Below, piece after piece: positions 17,547-28,149 of a stretch of DNA of 64,000 nucleotides. Origin of the DNA: an uncultured bacterium. GTDB taxonomy: Bacteria; Bacillota; Clostridia; Christensenellales; UBA1242. Location of the stretch: assembly GCA_949474265.1 (NCBI GenBank), contig CASXBC010000001.1, positions 20,216 to 84,215 of the forward strand, in the 5' to 3' direction. The notes below the pieces were generated by a model. The model was not told the origin of the DNA. It saw only the letters and a list, made by a program, of their open reading frames with translations, and made no database searches. Each line of letters begins with the position of its first letter. Within the stretch, counting starts at the first letter, position 1. Both the position numbers and the translations under genes were made by a program.

Positions 17547-17765
17547 TTAGATGTTCAAAAGTCTAAAGATGTGTTTTTGAGTAATCATGAATACAAGGTC
17601 CAAAATCCAGATAAGCCATCCGCCGAAAATTCTGATGATTCCAGCTACAACTTTTCCTTCTTGGAATCTTGTAACTACTCCAAGAATCCATGCTGTGAAT
17701 GGGATGATTGCAAGAATCAAGCTAACAATCCAATCCAACCCAAAGTAATCTTTCTTTGCTGCCAT
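17547..17765 (-). CDS. Small two-helix membrane protein (72 aa)
   Basis: The track ORF has two hydrophobic spans (IVSLILAIIPFTAWILGVV and GGWLIWILDLVFMI). Family not recognised. Confidence 0.55.
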   Translation of the reverse strand: MAAKKDYFGLDWIVSLILAIIPFTAWILGVVTRFQEGKVVAGIIRIFGGWLIWILDLVFMITQKHIFRLLNI

Positions 17766-17909
17766 AACACTTTCTCTCCTTTTTTAAAATTTGTAATTTT
17801 GTTACATTCTCATTTTAGACTATTGATAGAGAATTGTCAACAATTTCCAATCAATAAAATGTATGATTTTTGTTTCTGTTTCATTCATATTTTTAGCATA
17901 ATTATTTCT

Positions 17910-18638
17910 TTATCTAAACATGCTGTCTTTGCTTGTAAGAAAAGTCCAGCTAAGCAGGGTTTTGAAAAACACCGCCCAATAGGTGTACTTTGCACTATTT
18001 AAAAATTCTTCACAGGCTTTGCATTCTGGCTTTGACAAAATCTGTCCTAAAAACTTTAGTGCAAATTTGGAAGCTTCTTTCTCTATTTGGATTTCTCTAT
18101 ATTTAAGAAAAAGTGCAAAGATAAAAATCAAAATTCCTACACCCAAAAATCCAAGTCCAAGCACCAAGATATACATCTCTGGCAAGACATCCACCAAATA
18201 CAAAACGCTAAGCACAAGCCCAATTATCACAGCAGGCATAAAGAAAAGTCCAAAAATCCTGCCAATGTGTTTTCTTCTCCAATGCTTTCTAAGTTTGTCT
18301 CCTTGAGTGTCTTGAAGTGCATGTCCAAGCTCATGAGAAACTGTTGCAAGGGATGCTAAACTGTTTGAATACATTGTAGTCTGGCTTAAAGCCACAGTGC
18401 CAGCTCTGTAGTGGTCGTCATACTCAGCACATCTATCAATATTCAATTTGTTGTCAAACATGGCATTGTTTATTGCTTTTACATAATCGACAGTCCTAAT
18501 ACCTTGAGAATTTTGTACCTGTTGATACTGTTCAAGTTTTTCATAAAAGTTGTCGGATGCAAAACTTGCCACCGCCAAACAAAAGCAAAGCAAAACTCCA
18601 ACGACAACTATTGCCGCAATAATAATATAAGTTATCAT
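17910..18638 (-). CDS. Membrane zinc metallopeptidase, YugP-like (Zn_peptidase_2)
   Basis: HELGHALQ (HExxH) motif; N- and C-terminal transmembrane helices; 242 aa, typical of this family. Confidence 0.8.
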   Translation of the reverse strand: MITYIIIAAIVVVGVLLCFCLAVASFASDNFYEKLEQYQQVQNSQGIRTVDYVKAINNAMFDNKLNIDRCAEYDDHYRAGTVALSQTTMYSNSLASLATVSHELGHALQDTQGDKLRKHWRRKHIGRIFGLFFMPAVIIGLVLSVLYLVDVLPEMYILVLGLGFLGVGILIFIFALFLKYREIQIEKEASKFALKFLGQILSKPECKACEEFLNSAKYTYWAVFFKTLLSWTFLTSKDSMFR

Positions 18639-18735
18639 AATTTTATTATATCTATTTTAAAAAGTTAAATCAACCAATACTCAAGATTTTCTAATTACAA
18701 AACAATCAATAAGCATTCTTAAAAACAATTGTAGC

Positions 18736-20628
18736 TTAAGTAATCAGCAAAACTGTTTGCCCTTTATAGAGTTTTGTGCCTGCTGGTGGAAGTTGTTTTT
18801 TTACCACACTTCCATCTCCATCTATTTCATAGCAAAGCCCAAGTTTTTTTATTTCGGCAACTGCATTTGCTAAGCTATAGCCTGTCACTTCTGGCATAAT
18901 AACTTCTTCCAAAACAATATCAAGATTGTCTTTAGGGAAATTGTAGAAATCAAAAAGGGCAGAGAAAAATTGCTTGCCATAAGGTGCAGCAACTATTGAG
19001 CCATAATATGCACCTGCACTTGGCTCATCCACCATAATCATCATGAGATAGTCAGGATTGTCAGCTGGATAAGTGCCTATAAAACTTGAAATATATTTTC
19101 CTTGTGCAATGCCGCCTGTTTCACTATACTTTTGTGCTGTTCCTGTTTTTCCTCCAACATTGTAGCCTTCAACAAATGAATAATCCTGAATTTTATTTTC
19201 TGCCTTTTGCAAAAGAAAGTTTACTGTTTGTTGAGTTTTCTCTGAAACAACTCTTTCTTTTTTTACTTCTGGCTGATAAACCGTCTTGCCCCTTACATCA
19301 ACAATCTTATCAATCACAACAGGAGTTTTTAGAGTTCCGCTCGTTACACCTGCCACTGCGGTTAAAAGTTGAACAGGTGTAACTGCAATCGCATGACCAA
19401 AGCCCATTCTGGCAATATCTACATTTTTGACATTTGCTTTTGGCATAAGGATACCGCCACTTTCACCTTGAATGGTTATCCCGGTCTTTTTGCCAAGTCC
19501 AAACTTTTGCATGTAATAATAAAATTTGTCAACTCCTAGTCTCAATGCCAAATCCATAAAACAGCAGTTGCAGGAATTTCCAAAAGCCTCAGTCAAGGTC
19601 TGACTTCCATGTCCAATAGTTTTCCAACACTTGATTTTTTGCCCATCTACCATTCTAAAACCCGGGCAATAAAATTTGTCATTGAGCGAAGTTACGCCTT
19701 CTTCAAGAGCGGCTGCAACAGTCAATATTTTGAAAGTTGAGCCTGGCTCATAAGTGTCTGTGACCGCTTTCATTTTTGATTGTTCAAACAAAACTTGCAA
19801 ATCATCTCTAGGAACCTCATTTAAGTCAAAACTTGGCTTTGAAGATATTGCCAAAATCTCACTCGTTTTTGCGTTCATGACAATACCTGTCACAGCTTTT
19901 GCTTTTTGGTCTGTATAAGCTTGAGAAAGCACCTGTTCCAACAAAATTTGAATTTTGCTATTTACAGTAAGCATAACATCACTTCCAGCAATTCCATTTA
20001 CATAATAACGCATGCTCCCGCCAATCTCTTTTCCCTGCAAGTCACTTTGCACATAACTATATCCATCAGTGCCTTTGAGATAATCATTCAAATAAGCTTC
20101 AAGCCCAGATTGCCCCACATTATCGACAGATGAAAAGCCCAAAAGTTGTGTCAAAAGATTTCCGTAGACATAATATCTCCCCACATTTTCTGTAAGATAG
20201 ATACCTGCTAAATTTTCTTTGTAAATATTTTCAGCGACATCCGCTTCCACCTGCAATTTTAAAAGCACTTCTGAGACATTTTTCTTAGACACTTTTTCAA
20301 GGGTTTTTTCATAATCAAGTTCCAAAAGTCCTGAAAGTTTTTGAGCAGTTGTCTGTGCATCCACAACTTGTCTACCTCTAACATAGACATCATAAGTGGT
20401 GTAGCTAACTGCCAAAGTGTCGCCTGTTGCGTCAAAAAAAGAACCTCTAGGAGCGGTCAACGCCAAATCTCTGGTCCATTGGTCTGTTGCCCTCTGTTGA
20501 AGTTCTTTTCCATTTATTACCTGTACAACAAAAAGCCTTACACCAAGACTACAAAAGATAATCGCTATTGCTATAAAAACCACTTTGATTCTCTTTCGTA
20601 ACGAATGTAGCGTGTAAGGTTTTTGCAA
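18736..20628 (-). CDS. Class B penicillin-binding protein (FtsI/PBP2B-type transpeptidase) with C-terminal PASTA domain
   Basis: N-terminal membrane anchor; STFK, SCN (SxN) and KTGT active-site motifs; PASTA-like C-terminus; sits after rsmH and the FtsL-position gene. Confidence 0.9.
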   Translation of the reverse strand: MQKPYTLHSLRKRIKVVFIAIAIIFCSLGVRLFVVQVINGKELQQRATDQWTRDLALTAPRGSFFDATGDTLAVSYTTYDVYVRGRQVVDAQTTAQKLSGLLELDYEKTLEKVSKKNVSEVLLKLQVEADVAENIYKENLAGIYLTENVGRYYVYGNLLTQLLGFSSVDNVGQSGLEAYLNDYLKGTDGYSYVQSDLQGKEIGGSMRYYVNGIAGSDVMLTVNSKIQILLEQVLSQAYTDQKAKAVTGIVMNAKTSEILAISSKPSFDLNEVPRDDLQVLFEQSKMKAVTDTYEPGSTFKILTVAAALEEGVTSLNDKFYCPGFRMVDGQKIKCWKTIGHGSQTLTEAFGNSCNCCFMDLALRLGVDKFYYYMQKFGLGKKTGITIQGESGGILMPKANVKNVDIARMGFGHAIAVTPVQLLTAVAGVTSGTLKTPVVIDKIVDVRGKTVYQPEVKKERVVSEKTQQTVNFLLQKAENKIQDYSFVEGYNVGGKTGTAQKYSETGGIAQGKYISSFIGTYPADNPDYLMMIMVDEPSAGAYYGSIVAAPYGKQFFSALFDFYNFPKDNLDIVLEEVIMPEVTGYSLANAVAEIKKLGLCYEIDGDGSVVKKQLPPAGTKLYKGQTVLLIT

Positions 20629-20630
20629 GC

Positions 20631-21329
20631 TTAACCTCCAAACAACCCACTAAAGAAATTGCACAACTTATCAAACCAATTTGTTTTTTGTCCTGCTTGT
20701 CCAGCATCCAAAATATCTTCTGGATAAGTTTCAACAAACTCCATACCTTTTTTCGCTGAATCAAGGTCAGCTATGTTTTTTAAATATCTTGGCAAGTTCA
20801 CTTCATAATACTCATATTCAAGGTTTGCCAAATTTGCTGACATGTGGTCAATGATTATGACATTTGTTAAACATATTACTGCTGATATTCCCATGGCTAG
20901 TGACAAGAAAAGACTGAGTTTTTTCTTTGAGAGTTTCTTTTTTTGCTTCTCTGTCTTTGTTAGTTTGACAATTTTGGTGTTTTCTTGAATCAAATCATAG
21001 TTGGGTTTTTCTATTATTTTTTGACTAACTTCTTGCTTTTCAATTTTCTTTGGCTCTGGCTGTACTTCTTTCTCTTCATACTGCTTTTGAATAAGCTCTT
21101 CTTTCTCTTGCTCAAATTGCTCTAGCTTTTTCTCTTCTTCTTTTTTTCTAAATTCGGCTAAAGTCATGTTTTCAAAGGACGCAAGATATTTGTCGTTTTC
21201 GGTCATTTGGTCTTCAATAATTTCTGTTTGCTCAGTTTTGGCAAGCTCTTCAACTGATGTCTCAACTTCAGCAACTGTCTCAATTTTCTCTTCCGTTTTG
21301 GTTTGTTTTTCAGCAATTAGTCTGTCCAT
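20631..21329 (-). CDS. Bitopic membrane protein in the FtsL position, with long Glu/Lys-rich cytoplasmic N-terminus
   Basis: I place the start at ATG 21329 (AGGAGG RBS), not at the track's 21443, which overlaps rsmH. Single transmembrane helix LSLFLSLAMGISAVICLTNVIII. Lies between rsmH and the PBP. Confidence 0.6.
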   Translation of the reverse strand: MDRLIAEKQTKTEEKIETVAEVETSVEELAKTEQTEIIEDQMTENDKYLASFENMTLAEFRKKEEEKKLEQFEQEKEELIQKQYEEKEVQPEPKKIEKQEVSQKIIEKPNYDLIQENTKIVKLTKTEKQKKKLSKKKLSLFLSLAMGISAVICLTNVIIIDHMSANLANLEYEYYEVNLPRYLKNIADLDSAKKGMEFVETYPEDILDAGQAGQKTNWFDKLCNFFSGLFGG

Positions 21330-21366
21330 ATATCTTACTTTCCTCCTTTGTAATTTATTCTTTTCT

Positions 21367-22302
21367 TTACAATTTTTCAACCACCCTGAGTTTTGCACAA
21401 GTACTTCTGCTGTTTTCTTTTTGTTCTTGCTCTCCGGCAACAATTGGCTTTCGGTTTACAAGCCTTATACTCGCCTTATGTCCGCAAATACATATTGGCA
21501 CTTTGGGTGGGCAAATACACTCTGTGCTGTCAAGTTTAAAGACATTTTTGACAATTCTATCTTCAAGACTATGGAAGGTCAACACACAACCTCTGCCATT
21601 TTTGGCGAGCAAATTGACAAGCTCCTCAAGCACTTTATCCAAACCTTCGAGTTCGTCATTAACATAGATACGCAAAGCTTGAAAAACTTTTTTTGAAGCC
21701 CCACCTCTTGAAAACACAATCTTTTTGGGCATGCTGTTTTCAATAATTTCTCTAAGCTGAAAAGTTGTTTCTATTTCTTTTTTTTCTCTTTCAAGCAAAA
21801 TGTTTTTTGCAATATTTCTAGCAAATTCTTCTTCTCCATAGGTTTGAAATATTTTGACCAACTCTTCATAAGAAAAGGTGTTTACAATATCTTTTGCATT
21901 TAAAACATTTTCTTCTCTATCCATTCTCATGTCAAGGACACCATCATGCACAAAACTAAAACCTCTTTCCCCTTCATCAATTTGATAAGAGCTCACTCCA
22001 AGGTCAATCAAAAAACCATCTATTTTTTCTACCCCTAGTTCTTTCAAAATACTTGGAGCATCTTTGTAATTGGCTTTTGTAATGGTAACTTTATCTAAAT
22101 ATTTGGAAAGCGTTTGTGTGCTTTTGGCAATTGCATCCTCATCTCTGTCAAAAGCATAGAGATGACCATTTTTCAATCTCTTTGCAATCTCAAGAGAATG
22201 ACCGCCTCCACCAACAGTGCAATCAACATAAATTCCATCTTCTTTGATATTTAATCCATCCAAAACTTCCGCCATCATTATTGGCACATGTTTAAATTCC
22301 AT
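21367..22302 (-). CDS. rsmH: 16S rRNA (cytosine1402-N4)-methyltransferase
   Basis: MEFKHVPIMMAEVLDGLNIKEDGIYVDCTVGGGGHS is a typical RsmH/MraW N-terminus. Start at ATG 22302 with GAGG RBS; the track ORF extends 42 codons further upstream. Confidence 0.92.
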   Translation of the reverse strand: MEFKHVPIMMAEVLDGLNIKEDGIYVDCTVGGGGHSLEIAKRLKNGHLYAFDRDEDAIAKSTQTLSKYLDKVTITKANYKDAPSILKELGVEKIDGFLIDLGVSSYQIDEGERGFSFVHDGVLDMRMDREENVLNAKDIVNTFSYEELVKIFQTYGEEEFARNIAKNILLEREKKEIETTFQLREIIENSMPKKIVFSRGGASKKVFQALRIYVNDELEGLDKVLEELVNLLAKNGRGCVLTFHSLEDRIVKNVFKLDSTECICPPKVPICICGHKASIRLVNRKPIVAGEQEQKENSRSTCAKLRVVEKL

Positions 22303-22470
22303 CTTACCTCTTCTTTCTATATATAAGAATATCACAGTTTTCGCTTTTAGCAAAACAAAATAAGCGAGGATTTTCTCTTGTTCAACTTCAAAAAATTTAA
22401 AGTTTTTATAAATAAAGAAAACCTCCAACGAATTAGAAGTTCTCCTTATGTAACATATTAAAATGTTTTT

Positions 22471-25332
22471 CTAAAGCCCCAACATGTTTTTAAGAGCAGT
22501 TCCAACTTTGGAAGTTTGTCCAAACTTATTGTCAATTACTGTGACAAGCTCTTCCTTTTCTTCTTGACCATAGTTGTCATCCAAAAGGTTGTCGCCCTTG
22601 CTCTTAAGAAGAGAATCAAGGTTTTCAATAGCATTTACTTTCTCTTCTTCTGTCATATCAGCAAGAGAGTTTCCAATGCCATCTACAATATCTTCGAGAG
22701 TATTATCAAATGAAATTGTAAAGTCAACATTTTGCTCTATCTTTTTGGCAAGGTTGATTGCACTTTCAACCTTTGCCATCAAGACTTCAAAATCCAATTC
22801 TTCCGCATAATAGTCTGTAGCATTTAAAAATGCTTTAATATCATTTGCGTCTTTGTGTGGAGCATAAGAAGCAAAAACTTTGTTTGCTGTCAAATCATCT
22901 CCTGTCAAATACCAAATAACATTCATAAAAATGTTGTTAAACACTCCATCCTTACTTCCGTTGTTTAATGCGTTGATTTTCAGCAATTGCAATATTTTTC
23001 CATACTGAGAAATAGTAACTTCCTCTTCAGAAAGTACAACAGCCAAAATGCCTTCAATGGTCTCTATTGTGGCTTGTTTTGTTTGTTTGAGATTGCTTAT
23101 GTCTGTTTCAAAAACAAGTCCTGTTGTGTTTGTCAGACTTCTTACTGAGTCATCAAGCACATCAAACACATCTTTTGTGAGATTTTCAAACACCCTTGCA
23201 GTAAACACTTCATCCAAAATGCCACCAAGCCTATTGTTTTCAAGCATTGCTTTCATAGCTTTCTCAAGGTCACTTGTCTCTGACATGAGATACTTAATAT
23301 AGGTGTTGTCATAGCCTTCAATTTCACTTGTTCCATCTGGCTTTCTGCCTGAGTTGAGAAGTGACAAAGTTTGACCAATATGGTTAAATTCTTCAACCCA
23401 AACATGATAGTCATTTGCCTCAATTATCTTTTCAAAATTCAAAAGCGAAACATTGCTTGAAAGATTGTTGATTACTTTATCGAAAACCAAAGTTTTCAAG
23501 TCCATGCAATTAAGTTGATAGAAAGGCATAACTATTTTTGTCAAAAGCTTTGAATCTTCATATTTTAAAACAAACAACAGGCTATCAAAGATTTCGTTAA
23601 ATGAAACGCCTTCTTTTCCAAGGTCTGTAAGCCCCAAATCTTTTGCAAAATCAATAGGCTCAGCCAAGAAAGTGAAAAATTTTGTATAAGTGTCAAGAGT
23701 TATTTTTGTTGTGTCATCAATGGCTTCATAAACTTCATCGCCCAAAACATCCACCCCAAAGTTTTTTAATATATTGTCAAAAACATAAATTGGTTGAGCG
23801 TTTTCTTGAGGGATAGTTAAAAGGTCAATATTTCTAACAGTGTCAAAAGCCACACCTATTTTTTTCATTGTGGTATAAATGTCATCAACATTAGTAAGAG
23901 TCTCAACAATATCCTCAGAAGTTAAAATTTCCGAAAAATCAATATATCTATTCAAATCGACAATGCTATCCACAGCATAAAGCAAATCATCAATTGTTTT
24001 TGAAACATCTTCAATGTCTGTGTTGAGTTTTACTTCAAATTCTTTATCCTCAAATATTTTTGAAACTTCTGTTGAAGCTTTGTCTAAAAGAAAATTGAAA
24101 CTATCTTCGACAATATTTAACTTCATCACATTGTTTGCAATTTTTCCTACAGCAGAATTGTTGTCACTAACAAATTTCATAATCTGTGCAAAATCACTTT
24201 TGTTTTCAAGTGCATTATATTTATTTATTAAGTCATTTCTAAACACGCTTTCAACAGTATCAAGCATTTTAAAAACGTCTTGTTTTATATAATCGGCACA
24301 GTCAAAAGCTGAGTTAGCTAAAGAAGTTTGCAGTTCGGTAAAAATTTCATCAACAATTGTTGGAAAAGTAAAAGGCAGTTTTGTCTTTAGATTGCTGTAA
24401 TCCAAAATAAGAGTCTCAAAAGAATCAGATACGACAACCTCAAAAATGTTTCCATCCAAAACTTTCGTCAAGGCTTTTCTAAATTTTGTAAAATCTACGC
24501 TTGTGTACTGTTTTTTTCTTGCCGTATTGTATATATCAACAAAATCGTTGTAAGCATGTCCAAAGTTTGTTATTTCTTTTCTAAATACAATCTTTTCTCC
24601 TTTTACTTTAAAACTTGAAAGATTGTCAAAAAGTGCATTGTTAAGTCCAAAAATCCTAGGCAACTTTGCACAAGCACTCTTGTCCCAAGCCAAAATAATT
24701 TCATCAACTTGTGAAGGAACAGCCCCCTTGATAAAGTCTGAAATGTTTTTCATTTCGCCTTCTGAAGTAGCCTTTGTTGAGATGCTTTGTGTTGCGACTG
24801 TAAGTTCTTTATATGTTCCTGTAAGAGATGAGATTGGTCCAAACATAAGCACAATCATCATAAGCCCTTCAACAATACCCAAAATTGCACCATAAGCTCT
24901 GTAAGGTTTGTTTTCTTTGAAATCATCCTTTTTCTTGCCGAAAATAAGTCTAACTGTAATAAGGTAGGCAATATCAAAAATTATATAAACAAGTAAACAT
25001 AATATCAAAAAAATAATTGGTGACAAAACTGCATTTGGAAGATTTGTAACAAATGTGCTAGCACTGTCAAAAGCAGAAATATCAAAACTCTTGCTGATTA
25101 CTTTTAATATATATTCACTTACCGTGTACTTTCCATCATCAATAGGAAGAGTTATCCCCAAAATAGCATTTGTAACAACCTTTGTGATTAAGAAAGCGAC
25201 CACAATACTTCCAACCAAAAATCCAATGTGGATTGCCGAACGTTTAAGTCCTCTTACAAGTCCTGTTAAAAACCCAATAATAAGTGCCAAAAACAATATT
25301 CCCAGGCTGGACCAAAAAATTATTGTTGTCAT
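22471..25332 (-). CDS. CvpA-like membrane domain fused to a ~780-aa uncharacterised Asp/Asn/Leu/Phe-rich domain
   Basis: The first ~170 aa have 4 transmembrane helices resembling Colicin V production protein (CvpA). I recognise no family in the rest. 953 aa. Confidence 0.7.
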   Translation of the reverse strand: MTTIIFWSSLGILFLALIIGFLTGLVRGLKRSAIHIGFLVGSIVVAFLITKVVTNAILGITLPIDDGKYTVSEYILKVISKSFDISAFDSASTFVTNLPNAVLSPIIFLILCLLVYIIFDIAYLITVRLIFGKKKDDFKENKPYRAYGAILGIVEGLMMIVLMFGPISSLTGTYKELTVATQSISTKATSEGEMKNISDFIKGAVPSQVDEIILAWDKSACAKLPRIFGLNNALFDNLSSFKVKGEKIVFRKEITNFGHAYNDFVDIYNTARKKQYTSVDFTKFRKALTKVLDGNIFEVVVSDSFETLILDYSNLKTKLPFTFPTIVDEIFTELQTSLANSAFDCADYIKQDVFKMLDTVESVFRNDLINKYNALENKSDFAQIMKFVSDNNSAVGKIANNVMKLNIVEDSFNFLLDKASTEVSKIFEDKEFEVKLNTDIEDVSKTIDDLLYAVDSIVDLNRYIDFSEILTSEDIVETLTNVDDIYTTMKKIGVAFDTVRNIDLLTIPQENAQPIYVFDNILKNFGVDVLGDEVYEAIDDTTKITLDTYTKFFTFLAEPIDFAKDLGLTDLGKEGVSFNEIFDSLLFVLKYEDSKLLTKIVMPFYQLNCMDLKTLVFDKVINNLSSNVSLLNFEKIIEANDYHVWVEEFNHIGQTLSLLNSGRKPDGTSEIEGYDNTYIKYLMSETSDLEKAMKAMLENNRLGGILDEVFTARVFENLTKDVFDVLDDSVRSLTNTTGLVFETDISNLKQTKQATIETIEGILAVVLSEEEVTISQYGKILQLLKINALNNGSKDGVFNNIFMNVIWYLTGDDLTANKVFASYAPHKDANDIKAFLNATDYYAEELDFEVLMAKVESAINLAKKIEQNVDFTISFDNTLEDIVDGIGNSLADMTEEEKVNAIENLDSLLKSKGDNLLDDNYGQEEKEELVTVIDNKFGQTSKVGTALKNMLGL

Positions 25333-25395
25333 TGTATCTCCTTTAATTTATTTTGTTTAAAATTTCTTATTATATATATAAATCTAATTAAATCC

Positions 25396-26481
25396 TTAGC
25401 TTTTTGCAACTTTTCCATCAACTATATTGTAAATCTTTCCGTCAAGTTTTTTCTCATCTGTGCAAGTTATGAATGTCTGAGTGCGGTCAACAAACTTTAA
25501 GAGCCTTCTTTGTCTATCCAAATCAAGCTCGGAAAAGACATCATCCAAAAGCAAAATTGGATATTCTCCATTGATGTTGTACATGTTTTCAAGTTCGGCA
25601 AGTTTCAATGAAAGTCCCACTGTCCTTTGTTGACCTTGTGAGCCAAAGTTTTTTACTTCGACATCATTGAGAAAAATATCAATATCATCTCTATGTACAC
25701 CAACAGTAGTGTAACCTAGTTTAAAATCTTTTTCCAAGTTTTTCTTTAAAACTTTATCCATATTCTTCTCAAAGGTTTCATCAAGACTTACTCCGCATCC
25801 ACACTTGTAAACAAGAGACAACTGCTCTTTTCCTCCACTTAAAAATGAATGTGCCTTTTGAGCATAAGGGGCGATTTCTTTTACAAACTTTTCTCTTTCA
25901 AAGGCAATTATTTTTGCAGATGCTACAAGAGCCCTGTCCCAAATATCTATTGTATCCTTCACAACTTCAATAGTTTTGCTGTTTTTTAAAAGTTTGTTTC
26001 TATTTGCAAGAATTTTCTCATATCTTGAAAGTTGATAAAAATATCTCTTGTTGTTTTGAGAGATGTCTATGTCCATAAACTTTCTTCTTTCTTCTGGACT
26101 CTCTCTGACAAGCTTTAATTCCTGCGGTGAGAAAAATACAATGTTTATCTCCCCAATAAGTTCGCCCAATTTTTTTATGGGTAGCTTATTTATCTGAATA
26201 CTCTTCTTTTGAGAAGAAAACAATTTTATTTCTATCTCTTCATCTCTAAACTTTTTGTTTGCCAAAAGCTTTATGTAGGCACTTTCTTCTCCCCAAAAAA
26301 TAAGCTCTTTATCTTTGGTGGATTTAAAACTCTTTCCAATACAACAATAATAAATACTCTCAAGTAAATTTGTTTTTCCTTGAGCATTTTTTCCTATAAA
26401 AATATTTACCTTATCATCAAATTTAATTTTCAGGTCTTTATAATTCCTAAAATTTGACAAAACAAGTGAATCTATTTTCAT
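25396..26481 (-). CDS. recF: DNA replication and repair protein RecF
   Basis: MKIDSLVLSNFRNYKDL...GKNAQGKTNLLESIYY (Walker A); SMC-like signature near the C-terminus. Start at ATG 26481 (or 26490). Confidence 0.9.
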   Translation of the reverse strand: MKIDSLVLSNFRNYKDLKIKFDDKVNIFIGKNAQGKTNLLESIYYCCIGKSFKSTKDKELIFWGEESAYIKLLANKKFRDEEIEIKLFSSQKKSIQINKLPIKKLGELIGEINIVFFSPQELKLVRESPEERRKFMDIDISQNNKRYFYQLSRYEKILANRNKLLKNSKTIEVVKDTIDIWDRALVASAKIIAFEREKFVKEIAPYAQKAHSFLSGGKEQLSLVYKCGCGVSLDETFEKNMDKVLKKNLEKDFKLGYTTVGVHRDDIDIFLNDVEVKNFGSQGQQRTVGLSLKLAELENMYNINGEYPILLLDDVFSELDLDRQRRLLKFVDRTQTFITCTDEKKLDGKIYNIVDGKVAKS

Positions 26482-26664
26482 ACCTTGCATTATATCACAA
26501 AACCATACAATTTAAAAGCGGATAAAAGCTGTTTAATGATTAAAAATCCAAAATAGTTGAAAATTTTGTCTAAGATGAAATTTTTATGTAACAAAATTCT
26601 CTGCTCCTTTTACTTTTAAAAATCACTCATCCACTTTATTGCAATTTTTATAAGTCAAACTTAC

Positions 26665-26693
26665 TTGACAATTTTTTTTATTTTCAATATAAT
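26665..26693 (+). promoter_or_regulatory. Consensus sigma-A promoter for dnaA (TTGACA-17 nt-TATAAT)
   Basis: TTGACA at 26665-26670, TATAAT at 26688-26693, 26 nt before the dnaA ATG. Confidence 0.6.
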
Positions 26694-26719
26694 TTTTTTG
26701 TTTAATCGGAGAAATAACT

Positions 26720-28081
26720 ATGCAAGATTTTGAAATGATATGGCAACAAATACTCGAGAAGTTGCAAATAAGAATATCCTCAGTGTCGTTTATGCTTTGG
26801 ATAAAAACAATAAAACCTGTTGAGATAGATGAAAATGGAAATTTTGTTATCGCAGCTCAATCTGTATCTGCCAAAAACCAAATTTTAAGAAATTTCTCAG
26901 ACAAAATAAGTGACTGTGCTTTTGAAGTTATGCAAAAAGAAATAAAACTCATTGTGCTTGACCAAAACGAAGAAATTGAATATCTTAAAAACAAAAAGAC
27001 AGAAGAAAAAAACATTGTTGAAAAACAAGAGAAAAATCCTTTCAATGAAGAATTTACTTTTGACAACTTTGTCGTTGGAAAAAGCAACCAATTTGTCTAT
27101 GCTGCAGCTCAGGCTGTTGCACAAAACCCTGGAAATGATTTAAACCCTCTTTTTATTTATGGAAATTCTGGTCTTGGAAAAACACACCTAATGCACGCCA
27201 TTGGCAACTATATAAGAAATCACTCACCTGAACTTAAAATCAAATACATCACTTGTGAGCAATTTACAAACTCTTATGTAACCTGTCTACAATCTCAAGC
27301 AAAAACAAAATCAATAATTGCCTTTAGAGAGATGTACAGAAATCTTGATGTTCTTATGGTGGATGACATTCAATTTCTCTCTAGAGGTAAAGAAATCCAA
27401 GAAGAGTTTTTCAATACTATAAACGAACTTAAAATGGCAAACAAACATATCGTGGTTTGCTCTGATAGACCACCAAGAGAAATGCCAACTCTTGAAGAAA
27501 GACTTAGAACAAGACTTTCTGCTGGGCTTGTTCATGACATTTCAAAACCTGACCTTGAAACAAGAATTGCTATTCTTCACAAAAAAAGCCAAGTAGAAAA
27601 ATACTATGTTGATGACGAAGTAATAAACTATATTGCCGAGCATGTTGATTCAAATGTGAGAGAACTTACCGGTAAACTTAAAGAGGTTTATTTCTTAGCA
27701 AAGATTTCTGGCAAAAAATCAGCGACACTTGAAGATGTTGTAGAGATTTTTAAAAATCAAAAAGAAGAACTGAAAAATGAACTCACTCCAGACAAGATTA
27801 TTGATGTAGTTTGTGACTATTTCAATATCACAAAAGATGATATTGTTGGAAAAAAGAAGAGCAAAGAAATTGTTGAACCTAGAATGATTGCTATCTATCT
27901 TATTAGTGAACTTCTTAGTCTGCCTCTTGTCAATATTGGAAAGGTTTTTGGAGGTAGAGACCACACCACAATTATGCACTCAAGAGACAAAATTTCAGAA
28001 GACATAAAAGTCAACAGAAAGACACAAACTCTTGTCAATGAGATAAAAACCATCTTAATGGAAGAAGTCTCTGTTGGTTAA
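26720..28081 (+). CDS. dnaA: Chromosomal replication initiator protein DnaA
   Basis: AAA+ Walker A GNSGLGKTHL; C-terminal DnaA signature ...VFGGRDHTTIMHSRDKI; 453 aa. Confidence 0.97.
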   Translation: MQDFEMIWQQILEKLQIRISSVSFMLWIKTIKPVEIDENGNFVIAAQSVSAKNQILRNFSDKISDCAFEVMQKEIKLIVLDQNEEIEYLKNKKTEEKNIVEKQEKNPFNEEFTFDNFVVGKSNQFVYAAAQAVAQNPGNDLNPLFIYGNSGLGKTHLMHAIGNYIRNHSPELKIKYITCEQFTNSYVTCLQSQAKTKSIIAFREMYRNLDVLMVDDIQFLSRGKEIQEEFFNTINELKMANKHIVVCSDRPPREMPTLEERLRTRLSAGLVHDISKPDLETRIAILHKKSQVEKYYVDDEVINYIAEHVDSNVRELTGKLKEVYFLAKISGKKSATLEDVVEIFKNQKEELKNELTPDKIIDVVCDYFNITKDDIVGKKKSKEIVEPRMIAIYLISELLSLPLVNIGKVFGGRDHTTIMHSRDKISEDIKVNRKTQTLVNEIKTILMEEVSVG

Positions 28082-28149
28082 AAGTTTAAAAACTAAGCTT
28101 AACTATTTTAAAATTTATTTTATATTAATCTTCGTTGGAAAGTCCAAGA

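Noticed and set aside
26491-26719. A DnaA-box cluster upstream of dnaA (bipartite origin)
   Set aside because: Only two boxes with two mismatches each (AGCGGATAA at 26517-26525, TCATCCACT at 26626-26634) were found. That is too weak to call a second box cluster without computation.
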